Below, piece by piece: positions 54,647-63,208 of a stretch of DNA of 64,000 nt (positions within the stretch are counted from its first letter, which is position 1; every line of letters begins with the position of its first letter). The notes under the pieces were generated by a model. It made no database searches. It worked only from the letters and a program-made list of their open reading frames with translations, and had not been told where the DNA came from. The position numbers were made by a program, and so were the translations under genes. Source of the stretch: an uncultured Candidatus Saccharibacteria bacterium (GTDB lineage: Bacteria; Patescibacteriota; Saccharimonadia; Saccharimonadales; JACQNP01); contig CAZPWF010000002.1 in the NCBI GenBank assembly GCA_964590725.1, positions 38,846 through 102,845 on the forward strand, read 5' to 3'.

Positions 54647-56733
54647 TGGCAACCAAGAAAACACCAATGCAAAAAATTCGAAATATGGGCATTATTGCTC
54701 ATATTGACGCAGGTAAAACAACTACAACCGAAGGTATTCTTTACCGAACCGGGTTAAAGCACAAAATTGGTGCAGTTCACGAAGGTGAGACTACCACTGA
54801 TTGGATGGCTCAGGAGCGCGAAAGAGGAATTACTATTGTCTCGGCTGCTGTAACCTGTTATTGGAAAGATCATCAGATCAACATTATCGATACTCCGGGT
54901 CACATTGACTTCACGGTTGAAGTTGAGCGTTCACTACGTGTTCTTGACGGTGCTTGTGTTGTGTTTGACGGTAAAATGGGTGTCGAGTCCCAGTCAGAAA
55001 CAGTCTGGCGACAAGCAGACAAGTATGGCGTTCCAAGAGTCTGCTTCATTAATAAGATCAACCAAACTGGCGGTGACTTTTACAAATCTCTCGATACAAT
55101 TCACGCACGTCTTACTAAACGCGCATTCCCAATTCACCTACCAATCGGTTTTGAGCAAGCTATAAATGGTGTTGTCGACCTTGTAACAATGAAGGCGTAT
55201 ACCTACAAAGAATTCACCGACAAAGAACTTGTCGAGGGCGAAATCCCAGCTGATATGCTGGATCAGGCCAAGAAATACCGCAGTCTACTTATTGAAAACG
55301 CCGTCGCAGAAGATGAAGCCATGCTAGAAAAGTATTTCGAAGTTGGCGAAGACGGTTTATCGACGGATGAAATAAAACAAGCAATTCGAAGTGCAATTTT
55401 GTCTGGTAATTTCTTTGCTGTTACTGGTGGTGATGGCCGTGGGGTTATTGTTGAAAAAGTTCTAGATATGGTTGTAGATTTCTTGCCAAGTCCAGAAGAT
55501 CGTGGATCTTCATGGGGTACCCATCCAAAGACTGGCGAAGAAATTGAACGCGAACCGAATGAGAGCGCTCCTCTTTCAGGTTTAGCATTTAAGATCACAA
55601 CTGACCCATTTGTTGGAAAATTGGCTTACTACCGTGTTTACTCAGGTAAATTGATGGCTGGGTCGTACGTTTTAAACAGTTCTACAGGTGAAAAAGAAAG
55701 AATTGGCCGTATCGTTCGAATGCAGGCAGATAAGCGTGAGGATGTAACTGAAGTCGGCGCAGGCGATATTGCAGCTATAGTTGGACTTAAAGGCACTACT
55801 ACGGGTCACACTCTATGTGATCCGACCAACCCGATTGTTTTGGAGAGCATTACTTTCCCAGAGCCTCCAGTTTCAATTGCTATTGAACCAAAGACCAAAG
55901 CTGACCAAGAAAAAATGTCGATTGCTATGCAACGACTTGCTGAAGAAGACCCAACCTTTAGGATTAATGTTGATGACGAAACAGGTCAAACGATTATATC
56001 TGGAATGGGCGAACTTCACTTAGAAATAATTGTCGACCGAATGAAGCGAGAATTTGGCGTAGAAGCAAACATCGGCGCGCCTCAAGTTGCCTATCGTGAA
56101 ACAATTCGCAAGGACGCTGTAGAGGCACAAGGTAAATTCATTCGTCAATCAGGTGGTCGTGGTCAATACGGTGACGTTTGGGTACGTCTTAGCCAGAACG
56201 AACAAGGAAAAGGTTTTGAATTTATCAATTCAATCAAAGGCGGTGTCGTTCCAGCTGAATACATTAAGCCAGTTAGCGAGGGCATAAAAGAAGCCATGAA
56301 CAACGGTGTTGTCGCAGGATACCCAGTTGTGGATATAAAGGTTGAGCTTTACGATGGAAGTTATCACGATGTTGACTCAAGTGAAATGGCCTTCAAAGCA
56401 GCCGGTTCGATCGGTTTCAAAGAGGGAATGAAAAAAGCAAATCCAGTTCTTCTAGAGCCTGTCATGAAAGTTGTCGTTGTGACTCCAGAAGAATTCATGG
56501 GTGACGTGATCGGTGATTTGAACAGTAAACGTGGTCGAATCGAATCAATGGAAGATCTTAGTGCGGGCGTAAAGGAAATAACCAGTTTTGTGCCTCTGGG
56601 CGAAATGTTTGGTTATACAACTAATCTAAGAAGTTCTACTCAAGGTCGCGCTAGCAGTAGTATGGAGTTACATCACTACGCTGACGTTCCGACTCATGTT
56701 GCTGAAGCTATCGTTGCAAAAAACTCTAAGTAA
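54646..56733 (+). CDS. fusA: Elongation factor G
   Basis: G1-G4 motifs (AHIDAGKTT, DTPGH, NKIN), and domains II-V are recognisable. Confidence 0.95.
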   Translation: MATKKTPMQKIRNMGIIAHIDAGKTTTTEGILYRTGLKHKIGAVHEGETTTDWMAQERERGITIVSAAVTCYWKDHQINIIDTPGHIDFTVEVERSLRVLDGACVVFDGKMGVESQSETVWRQADKYGVPRVCFINKINQTGGDFYKSLDTIHARLTKRAFPIHLPIGFEQAINGVVDLVTMKAYTYKEFTDKELVEGEIPADMLDQAKKYRSLLIENAVAEDEAMLEKYFEVGEDGLSTDEIKQAIRSAILSGNFFAVTGGDGRGVIVEKVLDMVVDFLPSPEDRGSSWGTHPKTGEEIEREPNESAPLSGLAFKITTDPFVGKLAYYRVYSGKLMAGSYVLNSSTGEKERIGRIVRMQADKREDVTEVGAGDIAAIVGLKGTTTGHTLCDPTNPIVLESITFPEPPVSIAIEPKTKADQEKMSIAMQRLAEEDPTFRINVDDETGQTIISGMGELHLEIIVDRMKREFGVEANIGAPQVAYRETIRKDAVEAQGKFIRQSGGRGQYGDVWVRLSQNEQGKGFEFINSIKGGVVPAEYIKPVSEGIKEAMNNGVVAGYPVVDIKVELYDGSYHDVDSSEMAFKAAGSIGFKEGMKKANPVLLEPVMKVVVVTPEEFMGDVIGDLNSKRGRIESMEDLSAGVKEITSFVPLGEMFGYTTNLRSSTQGRASSSMELHHYADVPTHVAEAIVAKNSK

Positions 56734-56744
56734 TAAGGTTTAAT

Positions 56745-56972
56745 ATGAGAAAAAGAGAGACGATTACCCCAATTGTTAACGCAAATGTGTTACACCCACC
56801 ACAAGAAAATGATATCCACGATATGTTAAATTCCGTTCGTAACATAGCTCGTCTTGCTTTGCACCCCGGAAAAGCCATAAGTGATTTTCTAGGTGACCTT
56901 TCCGTAGCTGCAGGGACAGTTGATGCCGGCTTAGGTTATCAGAATATTGACGACGCAAGTGTCCAAAAGTAG
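56745..56972 (+). CDS. Unannotated 75-aa ORF between fusA and tuf
   Basis: The ATG is 11 nt after the fusA stop, with AAGG 7 nt upstream. By hand count, 28 of 75 codons start with G. Confidence 0.4.
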   Translation: MRKRETITPIVNANVLHPPQENDIHDMLNSVRNIARLALHPGKAISDFLGDLSVAAGTVDAGLGYQNIDDASVQK

Positions 56973-57024
56973 AATCAAGTTTGGGTTGAATTAGATTTTG
57001 TGCTCACAAACTAGTGTATTGGAC

Positions 57025-57053
57025 TTTACAAACACCTTAAGTTTAGATAGAAT
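57025..57053 (+). promoter_or_regulatory. Candidate sigma-70-type promoter for tuf (TTTACA-17 nt-TAGAAT)
   Basis: -35 TTTACA at 57025-57030 and -10 TAGAAT at 57048-57053, giving a ~70-nt 5' UTR that ends in an AGGAG SD. Confidence 0.45.
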
Positions 57054-57129
57054 TTACAAGTAACTCGTGTGAGTGTATTGCTACACTTGCGCAAGAAAGC
57101 TAATAAGATTAATAGGAGTAACAATAGAG

Positions 57130-58311
57130 ATGGCAGATTTTGATCGAAGTAAGCCTCATGTAAACGTCGGTACTATGGGTCATGTGGACCATGGTAAAAC
57201 CACACTAACCGCAGCAATTACGACTGTACTTGCTAAGAAACTACCAAGTGATGTTAACCAGAAGGTTGACTACGCACAGATTGATAATGCTCCAGAAGAA
57301 AAAGCTCGTGGAATAACGATTGCTACTTCTCACCAGGAATATGAATCAGAAAAGCGTCACTATGCTCATGTTGATATGCCAGGTCACGCTGACTATGTTA
57401 AGAACATGATTACGGGTGCTGCCCAAATTGATGGTGCAGTTCTAGTTGTGTCTGCCGCTGATGGTCCTATGCCACAAACCCGCGAACACGTACTACTTGC
57501 TAAGCAAGTTGGTGTTCCAAGTATCTTGGTTTTCATGAACAAGATGGATCTTGCTGATCCAGAACTAGTTGAATTAGTAGAAATGGATATTCGTGAATTG
57601 CTTGCCAAGTACGAGTTTGACGAAAACTGTCCAATTATTAAGGGTTCTGCTACAAAAGCATTAGAAGGTTCCGCATCTGATGAGGACGCAATCATGGAGC
57701 TTGTTAAGGCTATGGATGATTACATCCCAGAGCCAAAGCGTGAGCTTGATAAGCCTTTCCTTATGCCTATCGAAGACGTCTTCTCGATCAAGGGTCGTGG
57801 TACTGTTGCGACAGGTCGTGTTGAACAAGGTATTGTTAAGGTTAACGAAGAAGTTGAAATTGTTGGTATAAAAGATACTGTCAAATCTGTCGTAACTGGC
57901 GTCGAAATGTTCAAGAAGAATCTTGATCAGGGTCAAGCTGGTGATAACGTTGGTATTCTTCTTCGAGGTATCGAGCGTGACGATATTGAGCGCGGTCAAG
58001 TTTTGGCTAAGCCCGGTACGATCACTCCACATACTGAGTTTGATGCAGAAGTTTATATTCTCACCAAAGAAGAAGGTGGACGTCACACTCCATTCTTCAA
58101 AGGCTACAAGCCACAGTTCTACTTCCGTACTACGGACGTAACTGGTGAGGTTGAGCTTCCAGCTGACAAAGAAATGGTTATGCCAGGTGATACTATCACT
58201 TTCAAGGTAAAACTATTAGCTCCAATCGCAATGGAACAAGGTTTACGCTTCGCAATTCGTGAAGGTGGCCGAACCGTTGGTGCTGGCGTTGTTACTAAAA
58301 TTAACAAATAG
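57130..58311 (+). CDS. tuf: Elongation factor Tu
   Basis: [32 protein letters not shown] and NKMD. I chose the start at MADFDRSK (57130) with AGGAG upstream; the track start at 57073 is an artefact. Confidence 0.95.
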   Translation: MADFDRSKPHVNVGTMGHVDHGKTTLTAAITTVLAKKLPSDVNQKVDYAQIDNAPEEKARGITIATSHQEYESEKRHYAHVDMPGHADYVKNMITGAAQIDGAVLVVSAADGPMPQTREHVLLAKQVGVPSILVFMNKMDLADPELVELVEMDIRELLAKYEFDENCPIIKGSATKALEGSASDEDAIMELVKAMDDYIPEPKRELDKPFLMPIEDVFSIKGRGTVATGRVEQGIVKVNEEVEIVGIKDTVKSVVTGVEMFKKNLDQGQAGDNVGILLRGIERDDIERGQVLAKPGTITPHTEFDAEVYILTKEEGGRHTPFFKGYKPQFYFRTTDVTGEVELPADKEMVMPGDTITFKVKLLAPIAMEQGLRFAIREGGRTVGAGVVTKINK

Positions 58312-58332
58312 CAACTGTTAGCCCTAAAAAAA

Positions 58333-58354
58333 GAGCCCCAAGGGGCTCTTTTTT
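58333..58354. terminator. Bidirectional rho-independent terminator between tuf and the convergent membrane-protein gene
   Basis: GAGCCCC-AA-GGGGCTC hairpin flanked by an A run upstream and TTTTTT downstream. Confidence 0.8.
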
Positions 58355-58360
58355 ATATAT

Positions 58361-58945
58361 CTAGATAGTGTCTTCTGCGTTTAGTGATTGACTGTCTACT
58401 ATTTCTTGATTACGGTCATAGTAAGATTGCTCGGTAGATTCAAGTAACTTGTAAGCACCGACAGCAATTGCCGCCGACCAAGCAATGCCATAAGCGGCAT
58501 CTAGTGGGTCGCCTGTATTCGGCGCATAAAGGCTATTTGTAATTTCAAATTTCTCGCCCAAAACCTGAACAGCACTAGAAACAGCAAAGGCGGCAATAGC
58601 TGTCTGTTTTGACTTACATCGTATTAACTCCCTTGATTTGTCGATCAGCGGTGCTGTCAGGGTAACTATGCCGATCATCGCATAAGCACCAGCTGTTGTC
58701 ATAGCCGCTTCACGAAAATTACCAATGTGAGATGCAATGTCAAAAGGTTCAGGAAAACTATTTCGTTGTAAAGTTGAGTCAGAAATTGCTTCTAAAATAT
58801 TGCCACTTTGAAATAATAAGATTCCATATAGCAAGGGCTTTAATGGTGGCTTGAGTACTTCCTTAAAATTTTCAAACTCACTACGGATAGACATAAAAAT
58901 ACAATATAACATTACTATAGCGAAATCAATAGAATCTCTTGGCAA
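58361..58945 (-). CDS. Integral membrane protein (hypothetical); the true start may be the ATG at 58894
   Basis: Several hydrophobic helices. The track start is a TTG. An internal ATG (MSIRSEF) at 58894 is preceded by minus-strand TGTTATATT with 8-nt spacing. Confidence 0.5.
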   Translation of the reverse strand: MPRDSIDFAIVMLYCIFMSIRSEFENFKEVLKPPLKPLLYGILLFQSGNILEAISDSTLQRNSFPEPFDIASHIGNFREAAMTTAGAYAMIGIVTLTAPLIDKSRELIRCKSKQTAIAAFAVSSAVQVLGEKFEITNSLYAPNTGDPLDAAYGIAWSAAIAVGAYKLLESTEQSYYDRNQEIVDSQSLNAEDTI

Positions 58946-59002
58946 TTATCCCCTCAGGCCATAGTGCTCAAATAGTGATCACTTTTCGGTATACTAGTAT
59001 GT

Positions 59003-59170
59003 ATGAAACCAAAAAAACCATCTAAGCCGACTAAAGAAAATAATGCCTGGCAAGAAAAGATAGAGAAACAAGTTAACACCGAAAAGGTACAAATAGATCA
59101 CCCACGGGGTAAAGAGCGATTCGATCGAGTTATCGGTAACTCTCTAAAGAAAAAACTAAAAGAAGACTAG
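59003..59170 (+). CDS. Small Lys-rich protein, 55 aa (below the ORF-track cutoff)
   Basis: TATACT at 58990-58995 lies 7 nt upstream of the ATG at 59003. It translates to MKPKKPSKPTKENNAWQEKIEKQVNTEKVQIDHPRGKERFDRVIGNSLKKKLKED. Confidence 0.35.
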   Translation: MKPKKPSKPTKENNAWQEKIEKQVNTEKVQIDHPRGKERFDRVIGNSLKKKLKED

Positions 59171-59207
59171 AGCGAAGATCCAAGTGGGGTGCAGGAGGCG
59201 TAGGTAG

Positions 59208-59237
59208 AAAAAACCGGAGACCATTTCTGGTCTCCGG
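59208..59237 (-). terminator. Rho-independent terminator of the minus-strand secreted-peptide gene
   Basis: CCGGAGACCA-GAAA-TGGTCTCCGG (10-bp stem), followed on the minus strand by TTTTTT. Confidence 0.75.
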
Positions 59238-59269
59238 CACCTCTTAGTGCTACTTCACATCACGTATCT

Positions 59270-59518
59270 TTACTGATTATCAGGTACTTCGGGAGCACCC
59301 GTTGTATCATGTTGATCTCCTTCCTGGACATTGTCGTTATCCGCTTTACCTTTATCGTTTGCTTCGCTTTGACTAGATTCGTTCTTAACCGTGGGCTGTG
59401 GTTGCGATTGAACTGGGTTTGACGGCGGAGTCTGTGCATGTACCTGTGACATAGCGACCGCTCCGCTTCCACCTAAAATTGCTAGTGTTGCAGCGAATGC
59501 AAGTAATCGTTTCTTCAT
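59270..59518 (-). CDS. Small secreted acidic protein (82 aa)
   Basis: Sec-type signal peptide MKKRLLAFAATLAILGGSGAVAMSQVHA followed by a low-complexity Pro/Gln/Asp/Asn-rich region. AAGGA SD upstream and its own terminator. Confidence 0.55.
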   Translation of the reverse strand: MKKRLLAFAATLAILGGSGAVAMSQVHAQTPPSNPVQSQPQPTVKNESSQSEANDKGKADNDNVQEGDQHDTTGAPEVPDNQ

Positions 59519-59666
59519 GATTGCATCCTTTGTGTTAAATACTAATGATGTTTTTACTTATATTGCTACTCCTTTCTGGTATCAATGAGGTCGATACCTA
59601 TAACTAGCCTAACTGAGTAACATGGGACTGCCATGAGAAAGAGTCGTACCATAGATAAATCATGTT

Positions 59667-61370
59667 CTACATTTCATGATTCATGACCTTATTTAAAGCG
59701 TACATAATGCGGCTAAAGCCCCGAACTCCTCCTTTATACGCAATGTAACGACTACGCCAAGTTGGCTCGTACTTCGACTTAAATCGGCGCAGACCATTAA
59801 AAGAATAGAAGCGATCACCATTTGAATAGACGAATGCCATCACAGAATTTATAACTGACTTTTCGTCTGACTGCTTGACTAATCCTGATAAAGGACACAG
59901 GCCTAGGTTTACGGCTCGAAAACCTTGTTGCTGTGCAGTTTGAAAAAATGCCATAAGAAGATAGTCATTAACGTTACCGAGAGATTTACTTGTGTGGCGT
60001 AGTAAGTCATAGTTAGACTCCTTGGATTGGTATGTAGGAACTTGGTTAATAAACGCCTGAATCATTCCCGCCGAATCTCTGGCTACCAACAGGTTACATT
60101 GTTGCAAGTAGTCCTCACTAAAATATCCCATAACAAATCCTCGTTCCTGACGACCCGGCAAAGTGAGCCAATCACTAGAGACTTCACGAAGACGCCCGAT
60201 AGTCGTAATTTGGTGTGGTGGAGTTAGCAGTTCCCAGCTATATCCTTGTCTATCAAACTTATTTTTAATCTGTCTGAAGTACTTGTTACGCGACGTAGTC
60301 TTGCAAAATTCAGTAACGTCAACAACTGCTTCTTCGCCTATTTTTTGTGTGGCGAAATTCTGTTGACGATATAATTCTAACGAACTTTTAGGTAGATGTA
60401 TGAAGGCTGGCAGCCAGTCGTTCAGACGGCTGAAGTCGACAAAATCTATGACAAGCTGTTCACGATAATTTTTTTTACCAATCGGATCACCGACAACCAA
60501 AGCAACTCCTCGCTGAACACGATATGCTATGGTTGTCTGGTGGTTTTCACGCTCCCCGCTAAAGTAGCTTTTATCGGTAGGCCATATCTTAAAGAAGTCC
60601 TCACTGTCGTTAGAGCCTTGCCCGAGTAGCTTCAGGGCATTATCTCTATTATGAGCTAGGCTGGACAATTTGAAGCGAACAGGTTGGAACAAAGAAATAA
60701 TCATGTAAACAAGCGCCGTAGCGCTTAGAATATTCAGGGTATCAACAAACCTGGACGCCCTATTAGTATACGGAACAAGCTCGCTATGAGTTGTGATGCC
60801 AAATTGGTCGATGGTGTGATGTATAGCCCCAATAACACTGATCTCTTGATGAAAATCTTGAGTGTCGAGCAACTCATAGCCTATAGACCCGTAGGCCAAA
60901 ATAACAGCTAGCATAATACCAATCACTTTAAGTGAGACATCAAAGTTCTGGATAGCGCTTTTAACCGCAAAGAAACGGCGAAAGCAAACGAGCACCACGA
61001 CTATGGTTAGTGGTAAGAGGATTCTTTGAACAAAAACTAAAGGATGATGGAACGGACTGTGATTATAGTAATGGATGGTGTTGAGAGCAAGTATAAAGAC
61101 GTAAAGAGCTACTGCCGCAATCCAGGCGGCTCGTTTTCGCCTATACAGGAGCATCCCTAGGTACACCAAACTTAGACCACTAATCAGGCGCAAAGAGACA
61201 ACATCATCAGTAATAGTATGCAGACGTAGTTGTGCAAGCAATGTACCTGAGATGATAAGTAGCCCGTTGCCGATCACGCCAATCGTAATGAATCGTAGAA
61301 TGAACCGTTCGGTCAGATAATTTTTTTGTTTCACAGTTGGGATGTTAAGCCAATATTCTGAGCTAACCAA
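59667..61370 (-). CDS. Aminoacyl-phosphatidylglycerol synthase-like protein (MprF/LysX C-terminal DUF2156-type domain fused to a polytopic membrane domain)
   Basis: Multi-TM N-terminal half. The C-terminal half has RNKYFRQIKNKFDRQGY, GYFSEDYL, YDLLRH, NLGLCPLSG and RRFKSKYEPTWRSRYIAY, typical of tRNA-dependent aaPG synthases. The likely real start is the GTG at 61334, in a GTGA overlap with the upstream stop. Confidence 0.75.
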   Translation of the reverse strand: MVSSEYWLNIPTVKQKNYLTERFILRFITIGVIGNGLLIISGTLLAQLRLHTITDDVVSLRLISGLSLVYLGMLLYRRKRAAWIAAVALYVFILALNTIHYYNHSPFHHPLVFVQRILLPLTIVVVLVCFRRFFAVKSAIQNFDVSLKVIGIMLAVILAYGSIGYELLDTQDFHQEISVIGAIHHTIDQFGITTHSELVPYTNRASRFVDTLNILSATALVYMIISLFQPVRFKLSSLAHNRDNALKLLGQGSNDSEDFFKIWPTDKSYFSGERENHQTTIAYRVQRGVALVVGDPIGKKNYREQLVIDFVDFSRLNDWLPAFIHLPKSSLELYRQQNFATQKIGEEAVVDVTEFCKTTSRNKYFRQIKNKFDRQGYSWELLTPPHQITTIGRLREVSSDWLTLPGRQERGFVMGYFSEDYLQQCNLLVARDSAGMIQAFINQVPTYQSKESNYDLLRHTSKSLGNVNDYLLMAFFQTAQQQGFRAVNLGLCPLSGLVKQSDEKSVINSVMAFVYSNGDRFYSFNGLRRFKSKYEPTWRSRYIAYKGGVRGFSRIMYALNKVMNHEM

Positions 61371-62620
61371 GGAAGGGAGTCATGGTAGCTTTGAGACCAA
61401 ACATAGAAGGAGTGAGTACCTTTAATCGCTTCGATACTGACGTCCATACCACTCGCCTTGCTTAGATCATAGAGATCTTTTGCATCTTTTTGAATTGCTT
61501 TGGTGTCATCTCGACCATACTCATACCAACCGTGGGTTCCTACGAATTTGCCATTACGTAAAATTGTGACTGGATCATGTTTTATGTAGTCGTCTTCAGA
61601 GCCACCAAATAATACCTTGATTGTACTTGCTCTTGAACCGACTTGAAGGCGTGCCTCGCCACTAAAATCCAGGAAATTCTTGTAGATATCAGGGTGTCTT
61701 AATGCAAGCATTACTCCGCATGTACCACCGTTGCTGAGGCCTCCAATTGCCCATGACTGAGGCTGGTCAATGACGTTATAGTGAGTCTTAATGTACGAAG
61801 GCACGTCAATAGTAAGGTAGGTTTCAGCATTACCGCGAGGACTGTCTACGCATTCTGTGTCACCCATTTGCGAGCCGTTTTGATCCACTAACACTAAGAG
61901 TGGGGCTAGTCCTTTGTGCTTCGCCGCAAAATCATTAGTGGTTTTTTCCAGATTACCACCATTCAGCCAATCCTGAGGGCCCCCTGGGGTACCTGCCATA
62001 AGTATTACAACTGGTAACTTGAGCTCTGGTCTTGCAAGTGCTGCTGGTGGTAAATATATTGATGCGTTGCGGGTCTTAAAACCAGATTTACTTCCCGGAA
62101 TCGCGATGTCAAACACTTTACCCTGACTAGGCGTGTCTGTCGAAGGGATAAATGACTTTTCAATGTTCTGATCTAGCCCACCACTTCCGATAACGTTATT
62201 TGAACGAACGATGGTTACTTGATCTTGGTTCCTACTCGGTCGAGAGTGTGAGACAAGGCTCGCCAAAGTCGGATAATAGCCATATGACTTATTAGCTAAC
62301 ACTGCGATAAATAGAACAGACAATACAAAGCAAACTGAGGATAGTACTACGTGTTTTGTATGTGTTCGTAGGTTTATTAGAGTCAGATATATGCACACAA
62401 CCAGAGGAAGTGGTGCTAGCCAGAGATCGGCCGGGAATAAGTCGCCTCGAAATATCGTACGTACAATCACTACATCCACCAGAACAACCCAGACGATAGA
62501 CAGTGCTATACCGAGAAATAATGAACGTCTTGATAGCTTTGTCTTGGTAAACAAGTACACTCCAGACCCTACGGTCAGTGTTGTTGAAATGATTAAAACA
62601 TTTAAACTAAGCAAATTCAC
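61331..62620 (-). CDS. Membrane-anchored esterase (putative-esterase / alpha-beta hydrolase family)
   Basis: About 4 N-terminal TM helices, then a hydrolase domain with nucleophile elbow GGLSNGG. A His (KGTHSF) lies near the C-terminus. GTG start. Confidence 0.65.
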   Translation of the reverse strand: MNLLSLNVLIISTTLTVGSGVYLFTKTKLSRRSLFLGIALSIVWVVLVDVVIVRTIFRGDLFPADLWLAPLPLVVCIYLTLINLRTHTKHVVLSSVCFVLSVLFIAVLANKSYGYYPTLASLVSHSRPSRNQDQVTIVRSNNVIGSGGLDQNIEKSFIPSTDTPSQGKVFDIAIPGSKSGFKTRNASIYLPPAALARPELKLPVVILMAGTPGGPQDWLNGGNLEKTTNDFAAKHKGLAPLLVLVDQNGSQMGDTECVDSPRGNAETYLTIDVPSYIKTHYNVIDQPQSWAIGGLSNGGTCGVMLALRHPDIYKNFLDFSGEARLQVGSRASTIKVLFGGSEDDYIKHDPVTILRNGKFVGTHGWYEYGRDDTKAIQKDAKDLYDLSKASGMDVSIEAIKGTHSFYVWSQSYHDSLPWLAQNIGLTSQL

Positions 62621-62644
62621 TGCAAGTAAATATCCATATTTTCA

Positions 62645-63208
62645 CTAACCGGCTGTTTCACCGGTTCCGACAGATTTCTTAGCAGTGCCGGTTGCTGGCT
62701 TAAAGCCAGGCGCACTGACTTGGATCGTGAAGTCTACTTCGTTCTTAGAACTACGATATAAGCTGTATTTGTTCTCTGGATAGTGACCAGCACCACTTTC
62801 ATTATCAAAGTAGATGGTCTTAGACTCATTTGGGGATAGTTGTAGACCCGTTAGTACCTGATGGTATGCCTCAGTCTGGCCAGTTGTTGCATCCTTCATC
62901 TGGTAGTAGATCTCCATGTTTGACATGGCCTGTGTGCTCGTATTGTGCAAGGTAATTTGTAGTCGGTCAGAGATTGCCTGCTTGGTTACAGGATCTGCAT
63001 TGTCTTCAACGGCCGCGGCAGTAATTGCAAGCCCGGCCTGAGTACTGGCATTTTGAATAGGGTTGGCACTGACGGGCAGAACCTGTGAACTCCCACTATT
63101 CTTAGATGGTGTTACTTTCTTGGCTTTGGTAAGTTGCCAGGCGCTTACTCCGCTGACTACAACAATCACAACAACTATAATTGGTATTATTTTCCTCATG
63201 TTAAACAT
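62645..63208 (-). CDS. N-terminally anchored extracytoplasmic protein (hypothetical)
   Basis: TM/signal anchor IIPIIVVVIVVVSGVSAW followed by a beta-rich domain. Its start overlaps the upstream permease stop by 8 nt. Confidence 0.45.
   Translation of the reverse strand: MFNMRKIIPIIVVVIVVVSGVSAWQLTKAKKVTPSKNSGSSQVLPVSANPIQNASTQAGLAITAAAVEDNADPVTKQAISDRLQITLHNTSTQAMSNMEIYYQMKDATTGQTEAYHQVLTGLQLSPNESKTIYFDNESGAGHYPENKYSLYRSSKNEVDFTIQVSAPGFKPATGTAKKSVGTGETAG

Noticed and set aside
59585-59605. An inverted repeat GGTATC-N9-GATACC downstream of the aaPG-synthase-like gene, considered as a terminator.
   Set aside because: No U-run follows on the relevant (minus) strand. It may be a weak structure or a binding site, but the evidence is insufficient to call a terminator.
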